DNA of 64,000 nt from Eledone cirrhosa. Its lineage: Eukaryota. This document shows positions 14,200-27,758 of the stretch, piece by piece. The stretch is taken from assembly GCA_964016885.1 (NCBI GenBank), contig OZ024747.1, positions 75,702,001 to 75,766,000 of the forward strand, written 5' to 3'. Both the position numbers and the translations under genes were made by a program. The notes below the pieces were generated by a model. The model saw only the letters and a list, made by a program, of their open reading frames with translations. It was not told where the DNA came from and ran no database searches. Position 1 is the stretch's first letter. Every line of letters begins with the position of its first letter.

Positions 14200-15179
14200 T
14201 ATATAAGATGGCTGTCCACTCATATCCGGGGAAGATGGTCAAAGACTATTAAAAAATTCGTACATTTTAAAGTGGCACTCAAACATAGGTTTTAGCATTA
14301 TTAACATTATTTCATCACCGAAAACTTTGCTTTTGAATTCGCTTATGTTGCATTCCTTGGAAGTGTGTCTATTAATAATTCGTCCCTTATCTGAATTGTT
14401 AAATCTCTTAGGGTGTAAAACGGCAGACAAAAAAGAAATGTTTATTTTTATTGCAAAATATGTATGTAAAAGACGGAGCAAATGAGAAGTTCTACAGACT
14501 CGAACAACATGAGTTACAATATACAATTCATATGTGATGTTATTAAATGTTTATATATACCAGCATCTACACAGACCTTCATAAGCATACATATACATCT
14601 CTTTGTTTTGGTTATGTTGTACTTTAATGTTAAGATTTTTTCATTTATCGTTTATTTACTTGTTATTTTCGGGGTGGTGGAGGTGAGTGCGGTTATTTTT
14701 GTTACATGAATACAGACGTACGTCTAAACATTTTTATGTCTCACACTATTTAAGCTCACGCCCACAGACACAAAACACATACACATATAGATATATAGAG
14801 ACACCCCCCCCCACAAATACACACGTACACACACATGTATATATTTATATATATATATATACAATAAAAAATGTTTGCCTCTCACTCGTCCTCTTTGTCT
14901 ATCGATATAGACAAAAGCACGTGTGGAGACACATACAAACATTTAATGAGTAGCGTCTGTCTTTCACGCTTTCCCAATTTCCCATTCTCACAATACGTCT
15001 CCGTTTCTCTCTCTAGACAAAAGCCTGAGCAGACAACCACATCACTGTATACATGTACACATACACACACACACTCACATACATAGACGGCTATGTATGT
15101 ATGTATGTATGTATGTATGTATGTATGTATGTATGTATGTATGTATGTATGTGTATATGTTTATATATGAATGTAATTA

Positions 15180-15225
<46 letters not shown>

Positions 15226-15303
15226 TATATATATATATGTATATATATATATGTATATACATAATTACATACATATATAAACATATACACATACATACAT
15301 ATG

Positions 15304-15396
<93 letters not shown>

Positions 15397-15402
15397 ATAT
15401 GT

Positions 15403-15472
<70 letters not shown>

Positions 15473-16626
15473 ATCTGTCGCAACATGGCTTTCGCGTGCT
15501 TATATAGCTATATCCATACATGTAGGTAAGCATATTATTTACATAGATGTTTGATTTGTTTAAAGAATAACATATAAGGAAGACCACATTTGGTTGTAGT
15601 TTACCATTAGTTGTTTTAAATACCATTTGTCATCGTTGTTTACCCTGAGAATTGAGTTTAAAATAATGGAACCATTGCCAAGAATACTGAGGCAAGTACT
15701 GAAAATAGAAGCTAATATATTATATAGTGCTACTTTTATGTGAAATAGTGAGATGTATCAATAAACACATCCAGCTCATTCTAAATACAACTTTTACATA
15801 AGTAATTCAAACAGAAATTTCACATAAGTCATGTGTTATGTGTTTTAGAATATTTTACTGTCAATTTAGCAGCCATCATATTTTTAGATTATGTTTGTAT
15901 TTTCGTTTGATTGACTATTTGAATATTTTTGCTATATCTTTCGTCTGTGATATGGAAGCCTTCTAAATTGTGATTCTATTCTATGAATACACAAGGGCAA
16001 CGATTTTACATGTAATGTATTCAGAGCCCAATTTAAGATTTTCAAATTATTATAACCTCATAAAACCAAGCCTGCATATTTTAGTTGTGATTCTCTAAGT
16101 CTACTGAGTTGTTGCCGTGATCAGCCTGCAAAAACTATATATGAACTCTCATTATTGTTAAGAAATGTATAAAAATAGTCAAAAAATAGTCGACATGTAA
16201 TTGTTAAAATCACAAGATATAGGCCTTTATGTTAACAACATATTTATATTTACAATGATAGTGTCTTAGAAAAAGATGTAAGACACATGTAAGCCATGTC
16301 CTTTAGGTAATACCAATAGTTTGCTGAAACAAATGTAATTATTTCATTCTCGTTTGTAGACAATTATTTAGGACACCGTTGTTGCACATAATCACACAAC
16401 ACTGTGATATGAGGTTTAGCTCCACACGTATGGTAGCTATAAAAAATCATATAGTTTACATGCGTTACGAATGCTGTTTTCGGTAAATATGAACTGCAAT
16501 GTGGGATGTCTAAATATTTCGAGAACTGTACGTTAAAAGAAATATCAAAAACGATACATATTTAAAACTGCATCACAAGATATAGGGAGACCCTCTGATA
16601 TGTATGTGCATATGTATTGTAGTGAG

Positions 16627-16700
<74 letters not shown>

Positions 16701-17400
16701 TATAATGTTATCTACATATACATATACCTTACATATATCACATTTGAAATCGGAATCTAAACACATAGATTCACATGATAACTTAATATTCAATGGTTTT
16801 CAAAAGAGAATTGCTTAACCGTGTGAAACTAGTAAATAGAAATAAAGTCAAATGGGAAAAACGTTATTGCAGGTACAAAATAAAGAAACAAACAAACTCA
16901 AAGAAGCTGCTAGAATATTAATAGATAAGACTTAACCTTCAGCAATAGCCAGGTAAGATCAGCTTCAGAAGAGAGAAACAAACCGTGAATAAATTCTGTA
17001 TGGTAGTTTAATCGGGGAGAAATGAAACATTTATTCAGTATATGTTTAGCTAAAATATAGTAAATAAACAAAATGAAAATAGTAGAAGCACAAATATACA
17101 TACATTTTTTTCCTTTATACATGTATATATAGATATACAGAGGTACATTCATGCGAAGAAAATTATAGACATTTATATAGATTAATTAAATTTAAACAGC
17201 TGGAACTAAACTGGCTGAAAGTATTAATTTCATCAGATCTAATACACTCAGGATTCAGGCTTATGTTACGTCTGACGAAAAAATGGTGTTTGTGACCGAA
17301 TTATATATATCACTTCCACCAAGCGTGAACCTAATATAATTGTGTACAATTACCTCCTGTTTTTGTTCGTCCCTTTCAACTATATATATATATATATATA

Positions 17401-17632
17401 GTAATAATAATAAATGTGAAGACTAATATCCGAAGAGGGCTCGATAAGGTTAATATATATATAAAAATATATAAAAACCATAGACCAAATATTTATTAAA
17501 ATAACAGATTAAAGTTTAAGCAAAGAATTTCTGCTTTCACCCTTAACGGGATCTTCTGAAACTGTTTTAGAAGATCCCATTATGGGTGAAAGCAGCGATT
17601 CTTTGCTTAAACTTTAATCTGTTGTTTTAATA
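17401..17632. mobile_element. Family E palindrome (17494-17632) plus tail, with degenerate HHR-like core
   Basis: (C/T)AGAAGA-TCCC..GGGT-GAAAGCA..TGC-TTA-AAC on both arms; (TA)n flanks. Confidence 0.6.
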
Positions 17633-17660
17633 TATATATATATATATGAATGATGTCTAT

Positions 17661-17792
17661 GGGACAAAAACTGTTTCATTCGTATGAAATCATCAGGAAT
17701 GTCCTGATGATTTCATTCGAATGAAACAGTTCTAGTCCTGTACTTTTCTTTATATAATAAAGATGCCAATTCGCCACCTCAACATATTCTAT
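17661..17792. mobile_element. Family F palindrome with HHR cores on both strands
   Basis: CTGATGA at 17704-17710, TTTC/GAAT stem II, GAAAC at 17723-17727, GTC at 17735-17737. The 5' strand of stem I is not clearly present. Confidence 0.65.
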
Positions 17793-18138
17793 AATATATG
17801 ATATTTAGAAATTATATCGATAATATTTCAAAGACAAATATATTAAAGCCAATATGGTAATGGAACATTACAAATAAAAACATATATAAGTAAATAACCG
17901 ATTATATCATATGTAAGCTAACATTTATCAAAACCTATCACAAATCATTAATAGAAAAATTTAAAAAATGTTAAATTACATTAAAACCTTAAACAGAAAA
18001 AAAAACATATAAAACATCATTAGATTTTAAAGAAAAATAAACGAAACAATTTTTTAAAGAAATCTATTGAAAATTGATCGAAAATAAACTAATATTGTAT
18101 AATGTTAGGTAAATATTTGTAGATGTTTTATTTTTCAG

Positions 18139-18850
18139 ATTCAGCAAGCCACCTCTGATCAAAGTCATTTCAGCTGTGACCATTCAAACTTCGTTTGTTG
18201 TATCAGACGTAGGGAGAGAGAATTAGTTCAGAGATATCTAGGAATTTAGATTATCTATGGATGACGTTCTTTTTATAAGACGGTAAGGTGTAAATCGAGG
18301 GATATTTAGCTGCTATTTCTAACATTTTGAGGTAGTTCGTAGGAGTGCTCTCGTTATAAAAACGATAATGGTTTATTTAAGAACTTAGATTATCTATGGA
18401 CGTTCTTTTTATAAGATGGTAAGTTGGAACACGATGGTGATTTGGTTGCTATTTCTAAAAGTTCGAGCTACCTCGTAGGAGTGTTATCGCTATTTAAACG
18501 ATAATGGACTATCCTGTCGAGAAAGACGTATGAACTTCCAGTTGTTCGAACACCAGAACGACCTACGCATTAAGGTAGCGTACAAAACAGCTGATTATAT
18601 CATAGACACGTGTACTCAATGAAATTTTCAAATGGAATCACCATGACAGTGTGACAAGGCTGCATCTTTGAATTACCAGTATGGTCAACGGACTGTCATA
18701 GACTTTCTTTCTATCTAATATCTTTCACAAAACATAGGTCAACCCGAGGATATTAAATACATAATTCTCACAATGCAACGCAGTCAGAATGAACTCAGAA
18801 TCTCTTGATTGTAAAGCTAACTCTTATCCCATTCAGTCATACCTGTATTC
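18139..18850. repeat. Old interspersed repeats, including a ~140 bp tandem duplication (18243-18372 / 18383-18508) and a tRNA-SINE remnant
   Basis: TTAGATTATCTATGGA..GCTATTTCTAA occurs twice; related sequence is inverted at ~44130-44260. Confidence 0.55.
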
Positions 18851-19486
18851 ACACAGTTAAATCATACAGAGAATAAAATATTGGCTCAAAGATTAATATA
18901 TCAGATTTTTGAGCAGTTAACATTCATTTTAAGCTAGAAGAAGTTACATAATCTGTGATGCATGAAATAATGAAGAGAATCACTGGCAGACTAGTTACAT
19001 GCCCAAATAATTTGATACAGGATCTTCAAGTGTTGTAATGAAATAAATGAAACTTTAAGCAAGCAGACGTGAAGTTGATGTAATTTATATTCAATAAAAT
19101 TGCTTTATTTGATATCAACTGACAACCGCTAGACAATGATTTGGTTTGGATAAAGAGATAATTGTTTGTTTCTGTCTTTCTTAAGGATGTCAGGTATTGT
19201 GTTAGTTGGATAAATATTAATATCAAATATTGTTTGCTATCAATGATTGTAACAAAACTCAACTATGTTGATAGAAATCAAAACGAGATTTTACAATTTT
19301 CTATGACAACGACTAATAAGGAGTTAACATATTTTAAGTAGACGGACAATTCAAAATAACTTTATCAACAATTACCCCACCCTACTCGCTGATAATCTAG
19401 TCAATATTTAAATTTACCAGAAAAACAGTGAAACAGCAGAACAGCCGTGTTGAAATATCGAAACAAAATGCTTTGCTGTGATATTA

Positions 19487-19651
19487 GGGTCTGACGCCAT
19501 GCTTTGCAGCAAAGTGTTACGGCCCTTTATTGTCTGAGTTCAAATCCCGCCGAGGTTAACTTTGCCTTTCATCCTTACAGGGTCGATAAAATAAAGTACC
19601 AGTAATGTACTGGGTAATTGCTGGTCTTGTGCCAAAAGTAGAAACAATTAT
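19487..19651 (+). mobile_element. Meta-core SINE, 5' truncated
   Basis: B box, core and tail present. Confidence 0.85.
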
Positions 19652-19660
19652 TTGTATATA

Positions 19661-19811
19661 CGAAAGCCGGCTGAAAAGTTAATAGGCTGACGAAGATACC
19701 CACATGGAATGACCAAATGAGGTTTATTTTTCAATGTTAATGGGGGCAAGATTTCACAGCTATAGTATCAATCATTCATAGTCAGCCTAAGAACATTTAG
19801 CCGACCTCTTA
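19661..19811. mobile_element. Mariner-type MITE (related copy at ~47297-47480)
   Basis: Imperfect ~30 bp TIRs (CGGCTGAAAAGTTAATAGGCTGAC / GTCAGCCTAAGAACATTTAGCCG) flanked by TA. Confidence 0.6.
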
Positions 19812-20457
19812 TACGATCGAAGTTCAGATCATACCAGTAGGAACTTTGTTTTTTATCCAACCAAGGTCGATAAAATAAGTACCAGATGTTGTTTAGCCTC
19901 AGTTCATGCCTGATTAAACGGACCTATAACCAAAAGCATTTTACACATTTGAGCACTATAATAATTACCCCTAATATCAATATTAATAATATATATTATA
20001 TTGGTACTGGAGTTACTACAATTAAAAGATAATCTATCTAGGGATGATTTTATCAGAGAAATTTCAAGGTTGATCATAAAATATTTCGAGGATTTTAGTC
20101 CGGCTTCAGCTTATTCAGTCACACTGAATGGTTCCCTTATGAGTATAGGGGCATATGTTTATACATAGAATTTATACTTGACAGAATCAATTCCAATGCA
20201 TGTTAGGTACATAAAGTATAGCAAATATCCCGGAAGAATAAAACGACAAAGTTGATTCATGTGATATTTAAACTCTGAACTTAAAGCTAAGTAAATAGAC
20301 ATGACAAAATATTTGTTATATCAATTTACTATTTATGTCTCTACACAAACTTACATGAGAATTAAACTTACAAAGTGTGTCTAAATATGTTTGTATGTTC
20401 ACCAAGGTAGAATATATCTATATATTCTGTATATTCACTGAATCAAACATATATATA

Positions 20458-20653
20458 TAGGAAAAAGTTTAACCCCGCCGGCAGAGCCCAAGCCGTTTCG
20501 ACGGCTATTTCTGGAGTCCAGAAATAGCCGTCGAAATGGGTTGAGCTCTGCCGTCGGGGTTAAACTTTTTCCTATTACCCATTCTACTACCTTAAGTATT
20601 GAGTACTCTGGTTCGCTACGGTCCATCTGGTTCCTTACCACACCTCCTTCGTT
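20458..20653. mobile_element. Family A fold-back element (long arm on + strand)
   Basis: Centre TCTGGAGTCCAGA; tail ends CACCTCCTTCGT-TATA. Confidence 0.8.
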
Positions 20654-21049
20654 ATATATATATATATAGAATCGAAGTTACTGTTGCAGCATGTGTATAA
20701 AATGTATTGGCCAGTTGCGATCGCCCAACACACAGGGTGTCTGAATATGTTAACTTATGTGTATATCTGTTTGCATTTATGTGTGTGCATTTGAGCGAGT
20801 GTGTACGTGTGCACGAGGTATGAGTGTATGTGTCAGCGTTCATGAATATCAGTTACAATTGTATATGTATAGTCGTGAAACCTCTGATGGAGACGGAGAG
20901 GCGCCGTATTAACATACAGCGTTTCTAGGGCATTTTTTATACCTGAAGGAGCTCATATCCTCTCCATGGCTGAATGAGCAGATTTATTCCAGTGAAGAAT
21001 GGAGAGTATCAGGGAATGGAAGTGAGACAGAGTAATGGAAGAAGAACCG

Positions 21050-21185
21050 ACCCCAGTATTAAACTAGTAGATTGTTTTATCAACCTTGAATGAATCAAAG
21101 GCAAAGTTGACCTCGGCTGGATTCGAACCGAAACGAATACCTCAAAGCGATCTATCCAACGTTCTAACGACTCTGCCAATTCGTT
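21050..21185 (-). mobile_element. Older Meta-core SINE
   Basis: AAAGGCAAAGTTGACCTCGGC..ATTCGAAC. Confidence 0.65.
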
Positions 21186-21341
21186 GTTTAGTCACAATTA
21201 ATGATTTCTACTGTAGGCACAGAGCCAGCATTGGAAACCTTTGAAATTTGAAATGTAGTAGTTCTGATGCAGATGTCTATAATAATGGTCGACGACTACA
21301 ATTAATAGTAGAAGAAAATCAACAGAAATAGAGGAGGAGAA

Positions 21342-21422
<81 letters not shown>

Positions 21423-21433
21423 AAGAGAGTGAA

Positions 21434-21484
<51 letters not shown>

Positions 21485-21559
21485 AAGAGATGAAGAATGC
21501 GTTTTAATGCTAAAAAAAAAGAAAACCTCTAAGAAATGAAGAATACATAGATATTACCA

Positions 21560-22530
21560 TATTTCACGATTCTTACGTCACACCCAATAATTAACTCGGA
21601 ATTTAGAAGGAACAAAAAGTTCTTGTCGATTTAATAACATATTATTAAAGACATTTATATAAAAAATGTTTGATTTCGAACAAATGGTGTTTGTTATTAT
21701 CTCAACGGGTGTTTGAGGTACACTGCACAAAACACTAGATTGTTTTTAACACCACATCTTTCTCAAGTGTTATTTGAAAATATTTATGGGAATTTGGCCT
21801 GAAAAGAAAACATTGTCTGTCCTCAAAAATTCATCCACTTCCACAATATATCTTTCTTCACCGTTGTCATCAATTTCAGTATACCACCTGCTCTTCCTTA
21901 CCTTAGGAAAGCAGCTTTTCAGTTTCTATGACAGATGCTACTGGTGATCATAATTGATGGACATAAACCTCACAAAATAGAAATGTACGGACAGAGAAGA
22001 ATGAACGTGAGTCGGTTTCGTCATGTTCTGATTATTCTAGAGAGGTCCGTTTGCTTGCAGCACCAACTCGGTCTTACATGAAGAGATTATACCTGAAAAG
22101 GAAATCCGCATCTCTATTATCACCAGGCCAAGGACATCCGGAAACTGTCCATAATACTCGCCATATAAAATAAAGGGCCCTTTTACAAAAGTAAAATTCG
22201 GTTCTTGCTATCATTGAGAAGGGTTTGATGGTGGAAAGAAAAGTTCTCTCCTCCAGTAAAATGATTAAATGTGAAAATAACTGACGAACATGGCATTAAT
22301 AATTGGGATTATTCTCAACATGGGTAGATCAGAGAACAAAGCGTCTTATTTTTGGTAATACATGTAATGCCGGATGTAGGATTTTCCAAAATATGTCCCA
22401 GATATAATCTGAATCTCTCATTCTATTCTTTATGTCTACTCGTGTTCTTCCCGTCTGCTTTACCCCCAAACACTCAGTGATTTACCCAATTTGTCCTTGG
22501 AGAGTCCACTCAATTCAACGATCTTGTGGC
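21560..22530 (-). pseudogene. Possible highly decayed L1/Tx1-like ORF2 endonuclease region
   Basis: Only faint remnants on the minus strand (WKILHP-like, DH-like); no open frame. Confidence 0.25.
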
Positions 22531-22584
22531 AAATAAAGAAAAGTTTGTTGTCAACATTATTATTTTTATTAGTAGTAGTAGTAA

Positions 22585-23200
22585 TATCGGTAGAGCGTCG
22601 GGCACCATGCTTTGCAGCATAAAGCTTCTACCATTTACGAACTGAGTTCAAATCCCGCCGACGTTAGTTTTGCCTTTCATCCTTACGGGGGTCGATAAAA
22701 TAAAGTACCAGTAATTCACTGGTGTTGATTTAATCGACTTTCCCATCCCCCCAAAATTGTTGGCTTTGTGCCTTTATTAAAAACCATTATTATTATTATT
22801 TCAAATCCCACCGAGATTAGTTTGGACTTTCATCCTTACGGGGTCGATAGAACAGAGTACGAGAGTTAATTTAATCGACGGGGAGTTAATTTAATCGACT
22901 TTTCCCTCTCCTTCAAATTGCTGGTCTTATGCCTAAAGTAGAAACAATTATTATTATTTTTATCAACATTAAGGGCGGTGTGTTGGCAGTATCGGTAGAG
23001 GGTCGGATGCCATGCTTTACAGCATAGAGTTACGGCCCTTTATCATCTGAGTTCAAACCGCGCCGAGATTAACTTTGCCTTTCATCCTTACGGGGTCGGT
23101 AAAATAAAGTATCAGTCACGCACTGGGGTCGATTTAATCGACTTTTCTCTCCCCCAAAATTGCTGGCCTTGAGCCTATATAAGAAACCATTATTATTATC
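22585..23200 (+). mobile_element. Three tandem Meta-core SINEs
   Basis: Copies at ~22585-22800, 22800-22955 and 22973-23200, each ending in (ATT)n. Confidence 0.85.
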
Positions 23201-23634
23201 ACCATTTTCAATATTAACATTATCATTAGTGTCTTGTTTATGTTATGTATTTCCTAAGATATCTATATAATATCCGGTGAAGAACAAAGAAGACTTGAAT
23301 ATCATTTCTACTCTGTTAAAATGATTGACCTTAATGCATCAAAAGTTTGGCGTTAAAGCACACACAACTCGCCTTATAGATTCACTTCTGTCATGTTAGC
23401 TTCAGAGTTCATACTAAGTGTATATTCTATTAAAAGGCAACGTATCTGCTGCCAAACTTATGTCAAGAAATTAAAGGTCATCATTTGAATTCTGTATTTG
23501 TTTATATAATGAGATGAAAAATATCGTAAATGTAACCAAATACTGGAAGTATGTGATATTTCTAAGATTTATTCAAATAATTTACTGAATATGTAGGTAT
23601 ATATATATATATATATGTGTATGTATTTATATAA

Positions 23635-23822
<188 letters not shown>

Positions 23823-23930
23823 GGTACACACACATATATATATATATACATATATATATATATTTACACACACACACACATTTATATATTTATCTCTCTC
23901 TATATATATATATGCATATATATATTTATG

Positions 23931-23978
<48 letters not shown>

Positions 23979-23981
<3 letters not shown>

Positions 23982-24630
23982 TGTTATACTTGGGGAGGGT
24001 CATATTTGTGTAATAATATTGCCAGAATTAATAACAGAACACACTCACTGTTTGGTTGCTTTTTCGCTTCTGTGTCTTTTATATCGGTTAATTTAATTTA
24101 TTCGGTCCTCAATGTTACCATTGACTGACCAACGGTTAAAAATACAGATACAATATAGACACAAACACATATATATAGTCTAACAAAGTTCTTTCGTTGC
24201 ACATCTGCAACATCGTCAGTGGTGCTATTATGTTTCCTCCCGTTGTATTGCATGCTTACGCCATCTTTATTTACTCTGTTTATTTTCAATAAATAAACAG
24301 ACTAAATAAAGATGGCGTAAGCATACAACGGGAGGAAACATAATAGCACCACTGACGATGTTGCAGATGTGCAACGAAAGAACTTTGTTAGACTATATAT
24401 ATGTGTTTGTGTCTATATTGTATCTGTATTTTTAACCGTTGGTCAGTCAATGGTAACATTGAGGACCGAAGAAATTAAATTAACCGATATAAAAGACACA
24501 GAAGCGAAAAGCAACCAAACAGTGAGTGTGTTCTGTTATTAATTCTGGCAATATTATTACACAAATATGACCCTCCCCAAGTACAATAATATTTGTTGTA
24601 TTTCCAACAAATTAAATATCCCTTCTACGT
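23979..24630. mobile_element. Family G ~610 bp near-perfect palindrome plus tail, with HHR-like core on both arms
   Basis: Arms of ~300 bp, centre ~24283-24292. CTGACGA at 24352-24358, GTTGCA/TGCAAC stem, GAAA at 24376-24379. Tail ends CCCTTCTACG-TATA. Confidence 0.8.
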
Positions 24631-24651
24631 ATATATATATATATATATATA

Positions 24652-24865
24652 AGTTGAAAAAAAATGAAAACGAAATTTCATTTCTCACTCTTAGTATGGC
24701 ACTTACTTAAATGTCAGTGTTGAACAAAAAGGTGACGTGGTTGCCTTAACACCGTATGGCATAAATTCAGCCTGTTCGGTTTGTTGACAAACAAACGAAC
24801 AAAGCGGCGTTATAATAAACGTCGGCTAAACTGATGCGTGCATATATGTATGTGTACCTGTATGC

Positions 24866-24910
<45 letters not shown>

Positions 24911-24960
24911 TGCTACTGTACGTCTGTATACATATATGTATGTACGTATACATACATACT

Positions 24961-24965
<5 letters not shown>
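24652..24965. mobile_element. Older rearranged family H fragment
   Basis: 24652-24713 is the reverse complement of the B-segment end. 24714-24965 resembles 28340-28545. Confidence 0.65.
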
Positions 24966-25000
<35 letters not shown>

Positions 25001-25001
<1 letters not shown>

Positions 25002-25360
25002 GATATATTAACAAATGGAAACTATATTTATAAAACCATATTTATTTCATTATACATATTTCAAAAACACCAAGTTAAATTATGGTGTGCTTTCATCAGA
25101 TAAAATATAATATAGATCAGTTTTATAAATAAATATTGACATACCCTTAAAGAATGCGACCATTTCTGTTGGAAGCTCCCGGATCTATAATTTAACTTGG
25201 TGTCCTTGAAATATGTATAATGAAATAAATATGGTTTTATAAATATAGTTTCCATTTGTTAATATATCGTATTTTTACTCCAATAATTTGTTGAGTGCTT
25301 TATATCAGTTATAAAAATATTTACTTGTTGTATCCCAACAATTTAAATAGAACTTCTACA
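25001..25360. mobile_element. Family B inverted HHR element (HHR on minus strand, 25043-25107)
   Basis: Minus arm 25001-25183, plus arm 25186-25360 ending GAACTTCTAC-ATATA. The plus arm begins in the stem II loop. Confidence 0.82.
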
Positions 25361-25749
25361 TATATATATATATTTATATACCTGTGTGTGTATGTGTGTG
25401 TATGAGTGTGTGTGCGCGAGTTAAGTCACTGAAGAAAAATATCTCAGGTGAACGATACAGTACGATAACTATATATATTATTTTAAAGCATGATATAGCC
25501 GGGAAAGAGTGTTAACGTTAAAAGATAGAATGAAAGACAGGAGAAGGAATAATAAGAGGAGAGTTGAGAGTAAGAAGAGAAAGAAAGAGGACAGTATCAT
25601 TTTACGGAAGCTCATGTGAGTTTAGTCAGCCAACTTGTTGGTATTTCATCTTTTTATTGTACTAGAATGTTTTTCCATACGCTGACGTGTATGTGTATAT
25701 GTGTGTGTGTCTGTATGTGCATATACATATATTTATATGCAAAAGTTAT

Positions 25750-25970
25750 ATTTAATTTGTCTGGATTCAACAAGCTTAAAGTTTTATAACTGATATGAAG
25801 CACTCAACATATTACTGGAGTAAATATTCAATATATTAATAAATGGAAACTATATTTATAAAACCATAATTATTTAATTATATATATTTCAAGGGCAACC
25901 AAGGCAAATTTTGGTGCGCTTTCATCAGATAAAATACAAAATTTGTTTTATAAATATTGACATACCCGTA
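25750..25970 (-). mobile_element. Older family B copy with HHR core (25871-25936)
   Basis: Diverged match; CTGATGA...GAAATATATATA on the minus strand. Confidence 0.7.
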
Positions 25971-26464
25971 GAAAACAACGTTGACGGTTGAAGGTTCTCT
26001 GGATATATATATATATGTATGATTATATAAATATAAAAATGAAAACACAGACACGCTTACAAAAATACACACTCACCGACATATATTCACACAAACGCAC
26101 ACACATTTACACAAACACGCACATGTATTCACACAAACCTACACACATACATTCACACAAACACACACACACATAAATTCACACAAACACGCACATACAT
26201 CTAAACAAATACATACATACACATACACCCGTACACAGCGTAGCCTTTTCACCATCCCCTTCCTTCCTTTTACACACATACATTCACGAAGGCAGCAGAA
26301 GTAAAGAAAGAGGAGTAGTATGAGGTAGTCAAACTACTCCTCTCTCTTTACGTGTTGTGACAGAATCGCAGAAATTTATATATAGATTTGCTTTTGTTTT
26401 TAGCAATAATGATTATATTTCACTTGTTTAAACTATACTGACGATGTATTTTTAAATATTGCAG

Positions 26465-27618
26465 GTTGTACGGCGTTGCATTATACAGCAAGGTCTGGAA
26501 ATGTGGATACAACCCGATTAATGACCGATTATTTCTTAAGATATGGATTCCCTGTGGACCCTGTAGATAATGAAAACCACACACCACTTGATGATGCCCG
26601 TGAACGGGGATATGAAGAATGTGCAGAAATATTGGCGGATGCTATCAAATTAAGCTCTAACAGGCAACCTTTATGTACTCAGTTTAATAATTTAAACATT
26701 TCAACACAAGAGAGCAACAAAACCCCAGAAATTGACCCCAATTTAAAAAAATCAACTCAAGATTTATCTATTTCTATTTCTGAACATAATTCTCCTCGTA
26801 TATTAAATGCTAAATCACTGGTGGAGCAGAATGACACTACCAAAACCAGTGTCAGTCCTACTGTGGCTGTCGGTGTAATAAAAAACACTGCAACGTCTAC
26901 GAGAAGTAAACAAGACGCCATCTTGAAATGTGTGAGATTGAAATCAGACATAAAGCCAAGATTCTGTAGCAGTATTAAAGAACGGGAATCAGTTTACAGA
27001 ATGTTGACTCCAAGAAGTGTTTATGTTCTTAACCAAAGAAGAAAACCTAATGAATGGAATGTCACACAGCTAATAATGGAGAAACTTAAAGATTATCGCA
27101 ATAATCCTGCTTATTTTATGACGAATATAGAACATTTACGACACTCTACGCCAGACCTGAACAAGGCCATTAAAGAATATCCCAGCATTAAAGGAAAAAA
27201 CAAGATTAGTGAAAGGTGTTATCCGTTATACGAATCGAGCAACGATTGGCGAACAGAACTGAAGAAAATATTTTCACATTACGAATATCATTGCTCACTG
27301 TCCTATCGATGTTCAGCATATAAACGAGAAATACCTTTTATAGCAAACATTGAGGAGTTTGTGAAAGAAACTGATAATAACAGCGTAACAGAGAAAGTTC
27401 CTCGGCGTCAACGACGTCCAAGTAATTTTTCCCGTACTTCGGTTTTTACAGACACGACGGCTCACAAAAAGATGAAATCACGCCATTCTTCTGTTATGTC
27501 TCAGAATTCTTCATCTGTTACTAATGTCACCCGCACTGGAAATACGCCCAGAGAATATTCAAGAACTATTAGTAGTGAATCCACCAAAAGCACCTCATCT
27601 TCCCATAAAATTTTATAG
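26465..27618 (+). CDS. Terminal coding exon of an ankyrin-repeat protein gene (about 2 ANK repeats, then a long S/T/R-rich tail); upstream exons not identified
   Basis: Acceptor ttgcAG at 26463-26464, phase 1, reading (G)CTALHYTARSGNVDTTRLM..VDPVDNENHTPLDDARERGYEECAEIL. Open frame of 380+ codons in non-repetitive sequence, ending in TAG. Confidence 0.85.
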
Positions 27619-27633
27619 ATAATAATATTAATG

Positions 27634-27751
27634 ATAATTGTTTCTACTTTTGGCACAAGGCCAGTAATTATCCCAGTGCATTACTGGTACTTTATTTTAT
27701 CGAGCCCGTAAGGATGAAAGGCAAAATTAACCTCGGTGAGATTTGAACTCA
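27634..27751 (-). mobile_element. Truncated Meta-core SINE just after the ankyrin stop codon
   Basis: Tail, core and B box, in reverse complement. Confidence 0.85.
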
Positions 27752-27758
27752 CCAGCAA

